A stretch of 60,501 bases of DNA, filler included. It is 5 parts of 5 records of this genome, joined end to end, with 100 filler letters (N's around TTAATTAATTAA, not from the genome) between each part and the next. Parts side by side here need not be neighbours in the genome. Positions count along the whole stretch, not along the records: positions 1 to 21,961 come from DRR723986_60431; positions 22,062 to 34,980 come from DRR723986_61071; 3 more parts are not named here. One strand, given 5' to 3'. A program made the translations under genes and the position numbers. The notes under the pieces were generated by a model, which was not told where the DNA came from, did no database searches, and worked only from the letters and a program-made list of their open reading frames with translations. Position 1 is the stretch's first letter. The number at the start of each line of letters is the position of its first letter. Shown here piece by piece: positions 19,949-29,853 of this stretch.

Positions 19949-21931
19949 ATGCATACAAATATTAAATCTTTAGACCTGCTGTATTGCGATAGTCTGACAA
20001 GTTACTCAAGGAGAAAAACCATTCCGGTAAAAATTGGTGATGTCGTCATTGGCGGTGATAATCCCATTGTAGTCCAATCCATGACTACGGTGGATACCAT
20101 GGATACAGAAGGCTCAATCGAGCAAAGTATTCGCATGATTGAGGCGGGTTGTGAACTGGTGAGAATTACAGCTCCAAGCATTAAGGAAGCAGAGAATTTA
20201 AGACATATCAAGGATGGGCTTCGTAAAAGAGGATACAATACACCATTGGTTGCTGATATTCACTTTACCCCAAATGCTGCAGAAGTAGCAGCTAGGATCG
20301 TAGAAAAAGTACGCGTGAATCCAGGGAATTATGCGGACAAGAAGAAATTCGAAGTAATAGAATATACAGATGAGACGTATCAAGAAGAGCTGGATCGTAT
20401 TCGCGAGCGGTTTTTGCCTTTGGTGAAAATCTGCAAGGAACACGGAACGGCGATGCGAATTGGAACAAACCATGGTTCTCTTTCTGATCGAATCATGAGT
20501 AGATATGGTGATACTCCACTGGGAATGGTGGAGTCAGCATTGGAATTTTTGAGAATCTGTGAAGATGAGAATTACTACGATATCGTAATCTCGATGAAGT
20601 CTTCGAATACTCAGGTTATGGTTCAAGCTTACCGGTTGCTTGTAGAGAAGCTGGACGAAGGAGGATTCAAACCTTACCCTTTGCACCTCGGAGTGACTGA
20701 AGCTGGCGAAGCGGAAGACGGTAGAATCAAATCGGCTGTTGGAATTGGGACATTGCTGGAAGATGGTTTGGGAGATACGGTTCGTGTATCCTTGACAGAA
20801 GATCCTGAGTTTGAAGCGCCAGTTGCTAAAGCATTGATCGACCGCTATGCACATCGTGCAGGACATGCGGAGATAAAGTCTATTGAAAATTATCCAGTCA
20901 ATCCTTACGAGCATTTCAAGCGCCACTCTGCAGAGATTTACAATTTTGGTGGACATAATGTCCCAAGGGTAATTACAGATATTTCAAAGGTTGAAAAGAT
21001 TACAGAAAAGGAAATGAAGTCTGTAGGCCATTTCTATTTGCCAGAACTGGACAAGTGGAAAATGAATGACCAAGGCTGTGATTTTGTTTATTCTGGAGCC
21101 AACCCGATTCCTTTTATGCTACCAAATGGGATGAAGGAAATACAGGATGCAGCGATATGGACTGTTGGTTCTGATCAGCAAAATAAATTCCCCCTTTACG
21201 ATTTAGTGGGTTTTTCTTCTGCTGAGAAATTTCATAGAGAATTGAATTTCCTTGAAGTCTATGATACTGAGATAGCAGAGGCAATCACACTGACGTCAGA
21301 TCGAAGGGATACTGTCTTGATTCTGAAAACTGAAAATAGACATGCGATGCCAGCAATGCGACGGGCTTTTGTGAGTTTGCTTGAAGCCAAATCGGGCATT
21401 CCGGTGATTCTGAAAGTGAGTTACCCTGACCAATCTCAGGATGAGACTATGCTTTATGCTGCAACAGACGTTGGTGGGTTGTTGATAGATGGATTAGGCG
21501 ATGGAATCTTTATTTCCTTAGAAAAGGAGAAAGAACATTCCCGCGAGGAAGTGTTAGCACAAATCAAACTTCATAATTCTGTGGGATTTGGAGTTTTGCA
21601 GGCAGCGAGAACTCGAATGTCTAAGACTGAATACATTTCCTGCCCCTCCTGTGGAAGAACCTTGTTTGATTTGCAAGAAACTACTGCGATGATCCGTAAG
21701 CGAACTGATCATCTAAAAGGAGTGAAGATCGGAATTATGGGTTGCATCGTGAATGGTCCTGGAGAAATGGCAGACGCAGATTATGGCTATGTAGGATCGG
21801 GCAAAGGGAAAATTACGCTATACAAAGGCAAAGAAGTGATGAAGCGTTCCGTTCCTTCTGAGAAAGCCGTTGATAAGTTAATAGAAATAATCAAGGAAGA
21901 CGGAATGTGGAACGAACCTGAGATTATCTAA
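19949..21931 (+). CDS. ispG: (E)-4-hydroxy-3-methylbut-2-enyl-diphosphate synthase, long form with insertion domain
   Basis: VQSMT, PLVADIHF, RIGTNHGSLS, LHLGVTEAG; 4Fe-4S ligands CPSCGR and GCIVNGPGE. Confidence 0.97.
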   Translation: MHTNIKSLDLLYCDSLTSYSRRKTIPVKIGDVVIGGDNPIVVQSMTTVDTMDTEGSIEQSIRMIEAGCELVRITAPSIKEAENLRHIKDGLRKRGYNTPLVADIHFTPNAAEVAARIVEKVRVNPGNYADKKKFEVIEYTDETYQEELDRIRERFLPLVKICKEHGTAMRIGTNHGSLSDRIMSRYGDTPLGMVESALEFLRICEDENYYDIVISMKSSNTQVMVQAYRLLVEKLDEGGFKPYPLHLGVTEAGEAEDGRIKSAVGIGTLLEDGLGDTVRVSLTEDPEFEAPVAKALIDRYAHRAGHAEIKSIENYPVNPYEHFKRHSAEIYNFGGHNVPRVITDISKVEKITEKEMKSVGHFYLPELDKWKMNDQGCDFVYSGANPIPFMLPNGMKEIQDAAIWTVGSDQQNKFPLYDLVGFSSAEKFHRELNFLEVYDTEIAEAITLTSDRRDTVLILKTENRHAMPAMRRAFVSLLEAKSGIPVILKVSYPDQSQDETMLYAATDVGGLLIDGLGDGIFISLEKEKEHSREEVLAQIKLHNSVGFGVLQAARTRMSKTEYISCPSCGRTLFDLQETTAMIRKRTDHLKGVKIGIMGCIVNGPGEMADADYGYVGSGKGKITLYKGKEVMKRSVPSEKAVDKLIEIIKEDGMWNEPEII

Positions 21932-21961
21932 GGCAGCATCCCATTAAGTGTGTAAGTGTAG

Positions 21962-22061
21962 NNNNNNNNNNNNNNNNNNNNNNNNNNNNNNNNNNNNNNN
22001 NNNNNTTAATTAATTAANNNNNNNNNNNNNNNNNNNNNNNNNNNNNNNNNNNNNNNNNNNN
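21962..22061. other. Artificial contig spacer
   Basis: N44-TTAATTAATTAA-N44, with stops in all frames. Confidence 0.98.
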
Positions 22062-22075
22062 TAAGCTAAGATATT

Positions 22076-22159
22076 CGAAAGACGAATGACGAGAATCGAG
22101 AATCGAAATACGAATGACGAAAATCGAAAATCGAAAAACGAGAATCGAAAAACGAGATA
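22076..22159 (+). repeat. Degenerate 7-nt tandem repeat, 12 units (CGAnnnn)
   Basis: cgaaaga cgaatga cgagaat cgagaat cgaaata cgaatga cgaaaat cgaaaat cgaaaaa cgagaat cgaaaaa cgagata; phase is unbroken. Confidence 0.93.
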
Positions 22160-22244
22160 ATAACCTTACAAAACCAAGTCTTTGCTCTAGAATCTAACAG
22201 TGAGGAACGAACGATCTAAAATCTATGAGCGAAGCGATACAAAA

Positions 22245-23453
22245 ATGAAACGTGCAATTGTACATATGGATTTAGACACTTTTTTTGTGTCTTGTGAACG
22301 ACTAATAGATAGCCGGTTAAATGGAAAACCTGTGCTAATTGGCGGAACCTCTGACCGTGGTGTGGTAGCATCATGCAGTTATGAAGCGCGCCGCTTTGGT
22401 ATTCATTCAGCTATGCCCATGCGTATGGCGAAACAACTGTGCCCTGAGGCGATTATACTTAGGGGAAATTCGGGTGTGTATTCTAAATACTCTAAACTGG
22501 TAACAGACATTATCAAAGAAGAAGTCCCCTTATATGAAAAATCTTCTATTGACGAATTTTATCTTGACCTCACTGGGATGGATCGTTTTTTTGGCTGTCA
22601 TAAAATTGCTTCAGAGATGCGGGCTAAAATCATCAGAGAAAGTGGTTTACCCATCTCTTTTGGATTATCAGTAAATAAAACTGTCTCGAAAATTGCGACA
22701 GGTGAAGCCAAGCCCAACAATGAAATCAATATCCTCACTGGAAATGAAAAACCATTTCTTGCTCCATTATCAGTCAAAAAAATTCCCATGGTGGGAGATA
22801 AAACCTACCGTACCCTATGCAATTTGGGTGTTAAACGGATTCGATCTATTCAAGAAATGCCGTTGGAATTAATGCAGAAAGTATTTGGTAAAAACGGCAT
22901 CATCATGTGGAAAAAAGCGAACGGAATAGATAATTCGCCAGTAATGCCTTATCAAGAACGCAAGTCGATTTCAACTGAGCGCACCTTTGATAAAGACACG
23001 ATTGACACTATAAAACTTGAAGGTATTTTAACTGCTATTGCCGAAAATTTAGTGTTTCAATTAAGACGAGGAAATAAGTTGACAGCTTGTGTTACAGTTA
23101 AAATTCGTTACTCAGATTTTCAAACTTATACCTTGCAAAAACGCATCCCATACACTGCATCTGACCATACTATTATTCCTTTGGTACTTGAGCTTTATCG
23201 CAAATTATACAATCGTAGAATGTTGGTGCGATTAATCGGTGTGCGATTTAGCCATTTGGTTGAGGGTGGGCACCAAATTAACCTATTTGAAGACAGTCAT
23301 ATTATTAATTTATATCAAGCCATGGATCATATTCGTGAACGCTATGGAGATCGAGCAATCATGAAAGCTTCGGGAATGGGAGCTAAAAGCATTAGTAGAT
23401 GGAACCCATTTAATGGAGAACCGCCACCTTTGTTAGCCAATAGAAGAAGATAA
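22245..23453 (+). CDS. dinB: DNA polymerase IV (Y-family)
   Basis: IVHMDLDTFFVS, SCSYEARRFG, SIDEFYLD, SKIA...AKPN, RKSISTE. ATG 22245 preferred over GTG 22200. Confidence 0.96.
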   Translation: MKRAIVHMDLDTFFVSCERLIDSRLNGKPVLIGGTSDRGVVASCSYEARRFGIHSAMPMRMAKQLCPEAIILRGNSGVYSKYSKLVTDIIKEEVPLYEKSSIDEFYLDLTGMDRFFGCHKIASEMRAKIIRESGLPISFGLSVNKTVSKIATGEAKPNNEINILTGNEKPFLAPLSVKKIPMVGDKTYRTLCNLGVKRIRSIQEMPLELMQKVFGKNGIIMWKKANGIDNSPVMPYQERKSISTERTFDKDTIDTIKLEGILTAIAENLVFQLRRGNKLTACVTVKIRYSDFQTYTLQKRIPYTASDHTIIPLVLELYRKLYNRRMLVRLIGVRFSHLVEGGHQINLFEDSHIINLYQAMDHIRERYGDRAIMKASGMGAKSISRWNPFNGEPPPLLANRRR

Positions 23454-23473
23454 ATTGTTATCTTCAAATCTGA

Positions 23474-25588
23474 ATGAAAAAATTCCTTGCCATATTAACA
23501 CTGCTTCTAAGCACGGCTACTCTCTATTCTCAAACCACTCTAGAAGAAAAAATACAAAAATTAGAGCAGCAACTTAAAGAGGCAACAGAAGACACTGTGC
23601 GTATTCAACTCCTATGCACCATAAGTAATACAGGTAGCGGATTAGATTCTGAAAGATCTCTAAGGTATTCACATGAGGCTTTAGAATTAGCGCAACGAAC
23701 AAATAATCGATTCTATATTTCCAAGGCATTGATATCCGTAAGTCAAAGTTATACAGACCAAGGTGAGTATAATAGAAGTTTGATGACGGCACAAAAAGCA
23801 CTTGAGTCCCTTGCTCCTGACACTATAAATTATCAAAACAACTCTCCCAGAGAGAACCGGATGCTTGGGCAAATATACAATCGAATAGGGATGACCTACG
23901 ATCATAAAAGCAAATATGCACTATCAATTAAACACTATTTACAGGCATTGGATGTCTTTGAATATATGGAAGACGTGGAAGCAACCGCAACTTGTTATAA
24001 TAATATCGGGATAAGTTATCTCTACGCAAATGATTTGGATAAATCTGAGGAATATTTAAAAGAATCGTTCAAAATCTACATGATATTAGAAGATACCTCA
24101 ACTGCCTATACCGCAAAAATGAATTTAGGTGTCATCCAATACTATCGAGAAGATTTCGAAGGATGTATTCAAATATTCAAAGAAGTAGAAGTTGTTTTGA
24201 AAAAAAACGGAGACCTCCAAATGTTAGGTCATTGCCAAACCAATATAGGTGAGACATACAAAGAATTGGGGAATTATGACTCTGCTTTAGTCTATATCCA
24301 AAAAGGAATAGAAATTGATTTCAAACTGGGCACACCTGAGGGGTTAAATGCGGACTATAGAATACTTGGAGATTTATACCTCAAAATGGGGAAACTTGAT
24401 TTGGCCAGAGAATATTTCAATAAAGCGCTTGAAATAGCGCAGGATATAGGACGGAAATCAGATTTAAGAGAGTCCTATAATAAACTCTATGAGCTAGAAG
24501 TTGAACAAGGCAATTACAAGGAAGCATTGTCTTATTATAAAACCTACAAGGCTTATGCCGATACCATTGAGTCTGAAAGTAATTCGACAAAATTAGGTAA
24601 GGCAGAAGCTGAGAATGAATTCAACAAACAAATCGCCATTAAAGAAATTGAAAACAAAAAATTATTAGAAATAGAAGAAGAAAAGCGAGCAAGACAAACT
24701 ACCATTCTGTATTTCACAATCGCGATAATGGTTGTTGTATTGTTTTTTGTATACATGATATGGCGTTCATTAAAGAATGTCAAAAAACAAAAAGAACTCG
24801 TTCAAAAAGCCAATGTGGAAATCGAAGAAAAAAATAAAGAGTTAACAGACTCTATTAAATACGCCAAACGAATTCAGATAGCGCTATTAAAAGAAAATAA
24901 CGACCAGCTCAAAAACATACCTGAGCACTTTATTCTATTTGAACCAAAAGATATTGTCAGTGGCGACTTTTATTGGACCTACCATATGGAACAATATTGG
25001 TACATAGCGGCTGCAGACTGCACCGGACATGGTGTTCCAGGAGCAATGCTTACCATGCTAGGAACCGCCTATCTCAATGAAATTTGTTCGGGGAATGACC
25101 TGCACACTCCGGCTCAATTATTGGATTTACTCAAACAAAAAATAACAACAGAATTAAGTCAAACGGGGTCACAAGGTGAATCAAAAGATGGCATGGACAT
25201 GTCAGTAATTCGAATGAATTTAACTACTGGCGAAGTTGAATGGGCTGGTGCGAACAATCCGCTATATCAAATTAGTAATGACACCTTAACCGAAATAAAA
25301 GCTGATAAACAACCTATCGGTTACTCAGACAAAGTATCAGCCTATACCAATCACACTATTCACCTTAAAAAAGGTGATTCACTCTACCTATTTTCTGACG
25401 GATATGCCGACCAATTTGGTGGCGAAAAGGGTAAAAAATACAAATACTCTAACTTTAAAAAAATCCTAAGCCAAACAAATTCAATGTCTCCAGAGGATCA
25501 AAAAACTGCGCTACTTGAATCGTTCAGAAATTGGCAAGGAAATTTAGAGCAGTTGGATGATGTTTGTGTAATCGGTATTCGGTTCTAA
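23474..25588 (+). CDS. TPR-repeat membrane sensor with cytoplasmic SpoIIE/PP2C phosphatase domain
   Basis: Signal peptide, TPRs, one TM, coiled coil, then KDIVSGDFY, ADCTGHGVPGA, DGMD, SDGYADQFGG, DDV. Confidence 0.92.
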   Translation: MKKFLAILTLLLSTATLYSQTTLEEKIQKLEQQLKEATEDTVRIQLLCTISNTGSGLDSERSLRYSHEALELAQRTNNRFYISKALISVSQSYTDQGEYNRSLMTAQKALESLAPDTINYQNNSPRENRMLGQIYNRIGMTYDHKSKYALSIKHYLQALDVFEYMEDVEATATCYNNIGISYLYANDLDKSEEYLKESFKIYMILEDTSTAYTAKMNLGVIQYYREDFEGCIQIFKEVEVVLKKNGDLQMLGHCQTNIGETYKELGNYDSALVYIQKGIEIDFKLGTPEGLNADYRILGDLYLKMGKLDLAREYFNKALEIAQDIGRKSDLRESYNKLYELEVEQGNYKEALSYYKTYKAYADTIESESNSTKLGKAEAENEFNKQIAIKEIENKKLLEIEEEKRARQTTILYFTIAIMVVVLFFVYMIWRSLKNVKKQKELVQKANVEIEEKNKELTDSIKYAKRIQIALLKENNDQLKNIPEHFILFEPKDIVSGDFYWTYHMEQYWYIAAADCTGHGVPGAMLTMLGTAYLNEICSGNDLHTPAQLLDLLKQKITTELSQTGSQGESKDGMDMSVIRMNLTTGEVEWAGANNPLYQISNDTLTEIKADKQPIGYSDKVSAYTNHTIHLKKGDSLYLFSDGYADQFGGEKGKKYKYSNFKKILSQTNSMSPEDQKTALLESFRNWQGNLEQLDDVCVIGIRF

Positions 25589-26251
25589 ATGACAAAAGAT
25601 CAGCAACGAGCCATCAAAATTGCAAAGATTATTTTAATCAATGCATTTCCCATTATCGGGCATTTCTTATTTGATTGGGGATTGTTTGAAGTAGCGCTCA
25701 CCTACATCATTGAAACTTTCGTCATCTTCATGATTTTCTTCATTAACAGCTACTTTATTGTCAAAGAAACACGATATCCTATCCCCTTTGCCATGATCCA
25801 ATTGTTTTTTGTGATTATTCCTATTGGTGGATTCGCAGCAGTGTACACATTCGTAGCGTTTGCTTTAACCGAGCCGGTACTTTGGAACACAAAACCAAAG
25901 TTCGACCACCTTGCTTCTCGCTTAGATGATTACCATTTAATAGAAGTCATTTGCTGCTTCTTTATAATTGAGGGCATCTCATTTGCCCTTAAAGCAAAGA
26001 AAAATCAAAAAATCACGACCATATGGTACAACTTAAGAAAACTGCTTTTTGTCCATGTCTTTGTTATTCTGTTCCTAATTGCTTCAGCCTTTATTCCACC
26101 CAATATCGTTTTACAAATTGTCTTCCTGGTTTCATTTAAAATTCTTTTGGACTATGCCGTGGACAACGAGCAATTTATGGATAATCTCTACGCTAAATTT
26201 AAAAACTCTAAGCGTTTCAATCGCCATTTAGATGACGAAGATGATGATTGA
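25589..26251 (+). CDS. Hypothetical membrane protein (DUF6498-like)
   Basis: About five TM helices and an N..PI.G.F.F.W......Y..E pattern; starts on the base after the upstream stop. Confidence 0.65.
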   Translation: MTKDQQRAIKIAKIILINAFPIIGHFLFDWGLFEVALTYIIETFVIFMIFFINSYFIVKETRYPIPFAMIQLFFVIIPIGGFAAVYTFVAFALTEPVLWNTKPKFDHLASRLDDYHLIEVICCFFIIEGISFALKAKKNQKITTIWYNLRKLLFVHVFVILFLIASAFIPPNIVLQIVFLVSFKILLDYAVDNEQFMDNLYAKFKNSKRFNRHLDDEDDD

Positions 26252-26329
26252 CAATAATAAACTGAAATCTTTTACGTTCATTTACAACCAATTCTAAAGA
26301 TTTCCCGTCATTGAATTAAAGCAATCATT

Positions 26330-26959
26330 ATGAACTCAAAATTTGCCCCAGTATTTCTTCTTGGATTTATCCTTTTAGTTTCTTGTAAAAAGAATGATAA
26401 AATTCATCCTGTCATCTCCTTAAATGGAGATTATGAACAAAACGTTTCATTAGGAAGTAATTATACAGACCCTGGTGCAACAGCTGTTGACAACAAAGAA
26501 GGAGACATCTCTGATCGAATTGTGGTAACTGGTTCAGTAAATACAAATCAAGTTGGTGACTATAAATTATTTTATAATGTAGATGATGAAGTTGGGAATC
26601 CTGCTCCAACAGCGACAAGATATGTCAACGTCATTAATGATGCTGACCATATGGTAGGAACCTATACGGCAACTCCAGTTTGCTCTGGAACATGGACGAG
26701 TTACCAACCTTACAATACAACGATAACCGTAGATGAAAAAAACAATAATCAAATTTGGATAAAGCAGGTACTATATCTCGTACAAGATGATCCTGTTCTT
26801 GGTGAGATTGATGGAAACACTGTCACTATCCCCCTTCAAACAGTTGGACAACACACTATAGAAGGAACTGCAAGCCTTGCAGGAAACGACTTTTATTTAA
26901 ACGTGACCATTGATGATGGTTTAAGTTACCAATGTGCCATTGATTACGTGAAACTATAA
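26330..26959 (+). CDS. Lipoprotein with Ig-like (DUF5011-type) domain
   Basis: Lipobox LVS-C; PVISLNG...YTDPGATAVD..EGDIS...G.Y...Y.V.D..GN pattern. Confidence 0.85.
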   Translation: MNSKFAPVFLLGFILLVSCKKNDKIHPVISLNGDYEQNVSLGSNYTDPGATAVDNKEGDISDRIVVTGSVNTNQVGDYKLFYNVDDEVGNPAPTATRYVNVINDADHMVGTYTATPVCSGTWTSYQPYNTTITVDEKNNNQIWIKQVLYLVQDDPVLGEIDGNTVTIPLQTVGQHTIEGTASLAGNDFYLNVTIDDGLSYQCAIDYVKL

Positions 26960-26962
26960 TTT

Positions 26963-28681
26963 TTGAACCTGAGGGTTTCTTTATACACACTATTTTGGAT
27001 AGGGCTTTTTATTAGCCCTATCTTTTTTTTGCAGCTAAGCATAGAGCCTTCTCAGGTGCCGCGTTTCGCTTTAGTTTGCCTATCATTATTGGCTTTTTTT
27101 ATATGGCTTCTCAATACAGATAACACAATTTATCTACCGAAAAAAGTGGTGCTATATCCGCTTTTATTGTTTTATCTCATCAACCTTTCTTCTTCATTTT
27201 GGTCGTTAAATTTTGCTGAAGGATTTTATGAGTCTCAAAAAATTCTGCTTTTCATTGCACTCATTATCTTCTCAGGCACCTTATTTAAAGAAACGAAACC
27301 TGATGTACTTATGAACATGTCAATTTTAGGCATGCTCTCATTATTGGTGGTTAGTTTGCTTGACCTTTTTCTATCCTCAGACCATTTCAACACAGATAGC
27401 CTTCAATTGTTTGGACATGTCAATATTCTATCTTGCATTCTTTTACTGAGCCTTATTCTAACCTCTTTCGTTTATTACCACTTTAAAAAGTATCACATTG
27501 CTTATGCAGTTGTTTTTGCTATCACCCTAGGCCTTATCATTTATCTGCAAACACGATCTGTTTTCATAGGCTTGATCCTTATTTCAATCTTTGTTTTGGC
27601 TTTTTCATTAACCAAACAAAAATCAAAAAAACCAATTGCGATTTTTGCCGGAGTATTCGCAATTGGAATGATCGGTTTGATTCTACTTTTTTCTGCTGAC
27701 CATACATCCTTATCTGAAAGATTCAGTCTTTGGTCAAAATCCTCACAACTCATTCAAGAAAACCTTCTTCTTGGTGTGGGCACTGGTAACTGGCAGTTTA
27801 ATTATACCCAATTTGGTATTGCAGATATTCCACGAGCATTTGATTATAATGTGGCCTTTAAAAGACCTCACAACGATTTTATTTCTATTATTTCAGAAGT
27901 TGGGATTTTAGGATTTTTACCTGTAATGTGGATCCTAATTTGGATGATGAAATCGATATTTCAATCTCGTAAGAATATAGACTGGTCATATCTTATCATT
28001 ATTTGCGGATTAGTCGGATTATTTGTGTTTGCAAACTTTAGCTTTCCGAAAGAGCGAATAACACTCATAGTACTTGGCAGTATCCTTTTTACTGGCTTTT
28101 TATTCAAAAATGATGGATTGATTGCCTCAGCTCAAAAAAAGAAAGACCTAATTTCAATTAGTTTCATTGCGGCGTTGATCGTACTAATTACCATGTCCTT
28201 TTACCGAATTAAAGGTGAATACCATACCAAGCAAATTCTTTCAAATCAAGAATTAGGTAAAGGCCTATTTGTCATTGATCAAAGCAAAAAAGCGCAATCT
28301 ATTTTTTATTCGGTTGACCCTACCGGCACGCCGATTAAAAGTTACGAAGGCTGGGGGTACAATGAAATTACAGATTTACCTTCGCTGCTCAAAGCTAATG
28401 AAGAGGCTGTTACGCTCTGCCCCTATAATTATCAAGTGTTAACGAATTATGGCTATATCTTAGAGCGCAGTTTTCAATTCAAAGACGCAGAAAAAGTGTT
28501 GATGTTCTCTGATAAAATCAACCACAAATATGAACCTACCTTACTTAATTTATCGGTACTCAACTATAATTTGGGGCATTATGAAGAGTCTTTAAATTGG
28601 TTGAAAAAAATTGATGGATATCAAACAAAATATCCTCAAAATCTTCAACGGATATCTCAAGCCATCTTCCAAACACAGTAA
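26963..28681 (+). CDS. O-antigen ligase (Wzy_C) family protein with C-terminal TPR-like region
   Basis: Many TM helices; QTRS, SERF.LW, GVGTGNW and PHNDF...SE.G motifs. Confidence 0.85.
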   Translation: MNLRVSLYTLFWIGLFISPIFFLQLSIEPSQVPRFALVCLSLLAFFIWLLNTDNTIYLPKKVVLYPLLLFYLINLSSSFWSLNFAEGFYESQKILLFIALIIFSGTLFKETKPDVLMNMSILGMLSLLVVSLLDLFLSSDHFNTDSLQLFGHVNILSCILLLSLILTSFVYYHFKKYHIAYAVVFAITLGLIIYLQTRSVFIGLILISIFVLAFSLTKQKSKKPIAIFAGVFAIGMIGLILLFSADHTSLSERFSLWSKSSQLIQENLLLGVGTGNWQFNYTQFGIADIPRAFDYNVAFKRPHNDFISIISEVGILGFLPVMWILIWMMKSIFQSRKNIDWSYLIIICGLVGLFVFANFSFPKERITLIVLGSILFTGFLFKNDGLIASAQKKKDLISISFIAALIVLITMSFYRIKGEYHTKQILSNQELGKGLFVIDQSKKAQSIFYSVDPTGTPIKSYEGWGYNEITDLPSLLKANEEAVTLCPYNYQVLTNYGYILERSFQFKDAEKVLMFSDKINHKYEPTLLNLSVLNYNLGHYEESLNWLKKIDGYQTKYPQNLQRISQAIFQTQ

Positions 28682-28794
28682 AAGACTTTTTATTGGTTAA
28701 CGCAATAAGCGTTGATTCCAATTGTTGACTCAAAGAATACTACATTTAAGTAGACACTTTTTGAAATCTGACGAATCTGCCCTATCTTAATCTT

Positions 28795-29772
28795 GTGAAA
28801 AGTCTCCTCATTTTCAGTAGTTTAATCTTATCTGCTTGGATTAGCCATGCCGATATCATCATTAAACACAATCAAAAATCTTACGAAATTGAAGTTTCAA
28901 CTTGCGTTGAACATTGGGGAATGGGTGAATCAACAACCGACCTTTTCTTAGCTTACATATCTACTAACGAATATCAAAAATGTCATCAATTTGAGGTGGA
29001 TGAAAATGCTGTCATGACCAAATTAGGAGCAACTGGAGATTCATGTTTCTATTATAAAATCCCTTTAGGAAGAAAAAGACATTTTGGTAAAAAAGTATAC
29101 TTCAATAATAAGTTCATACTCGAAACGGCAGATATCAAAACAGACTTTAGCCAAATCAGAGAAATATATCCCTATGATCAATGTGACCCTAATTACTACA
29201 ACTATATGGGTTCTGATTTACCTTTTATTGATGTAGAAAATCGATCGCTTTTTGCAGTTTCCCAAGTCATTTATGAAGAAAGTTGTGACGATTTAGATTA
29301 TGCAAAACGTTGCTATGAATTTGTGGCCAAGCATTTTGAATACGGTCAGCCCGAATCGGGTTTTAAAAGTTTGAATTACACCTTGATGAATCGCAAAGGA
29401 GACTGTGGTAATTTGAGCAGTGTTTTTGTCACGCTTTTGCGGATGCAAGACATTCCAGCTAGGCACTTAATGGGATTTAGACCGGATGGCACTTTACACG
29501 TTTGGGCAGATTTTTATTTGGCGAATTATGGATGGATTCCGGTGGATGTGACTTACAAACATGATTACCCATCTGGTGACTATTTCGGTAATATTAAATT
29601 TGAGCATAACGGTTTTATTGTTCAACGGGGAATTGCTCATCAAATTGATGTGCTAGAGAAGCCAAAACGCATAACAGGCTTGCAAACCTACACTTATCAA
29701 GTTGCTTATACCAAAGAGCATAATGCCAAGGTATATATCCAAAGAAAAGTCAATTGTATCCAAAAAATTTAA
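28795..29772 (+). CDS. Exported transglutaminase-like protein
   Basis: Catalytic triad motifs GDCGN, HVWADFY, GWIPVD; N-terminal signal peptide. Confidence 0.88.
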   Translation: MKSLLIFSSLILSAWISHADIIIKHNQKSYEIEVSTCVEHWGMGESTTDLFLAYISTNEYQKCHQFEVDENAVMTKLGATGDSCFYYKIPLGRKRHFGKKVYFNNKFILETADIKTDFSQIREIYPYDQCDPNYYNYMGSDLPFIDVENRSLFAVSQVIYEESCDDLDYAKRCYEFVAKHFEYGQPESGFKSLNYTLMNRKGDCGNLSSVFVTLLRMQDIPARHLMGFRPDGTLHVWADFYLANYGWIPVDVTYKHDYPSGDYFGNIKFEHNGFIVQRGIAHQIDVLEKPKRITGLQTYTYQVAYTKEHNAKVYIQRKVNCIQKI

Positions 29773-29853
29773 TCGGGTCAATTTTATTTGTTCTCTTTCC
29801 CAAGTCAGGTCTAATAATATTGTATCTTATAAATCAGTATATTGCAGTACCCA

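Noticed and set aside
19949-21931. Unusually long IspG
   Set aside because: The insertion-domain form is already known in Bacteroidota, Chlamydiae and plants.
22006-22017. TTAATTAATTAA palindrome recurring four times
   Set aside because: Always centred in N runs; an artificial all-frame-stop linker.
22076-22159. Possible CRISPR array
   Set aside because: 7-nt period with no unique spacers, and no cas genes in the window.
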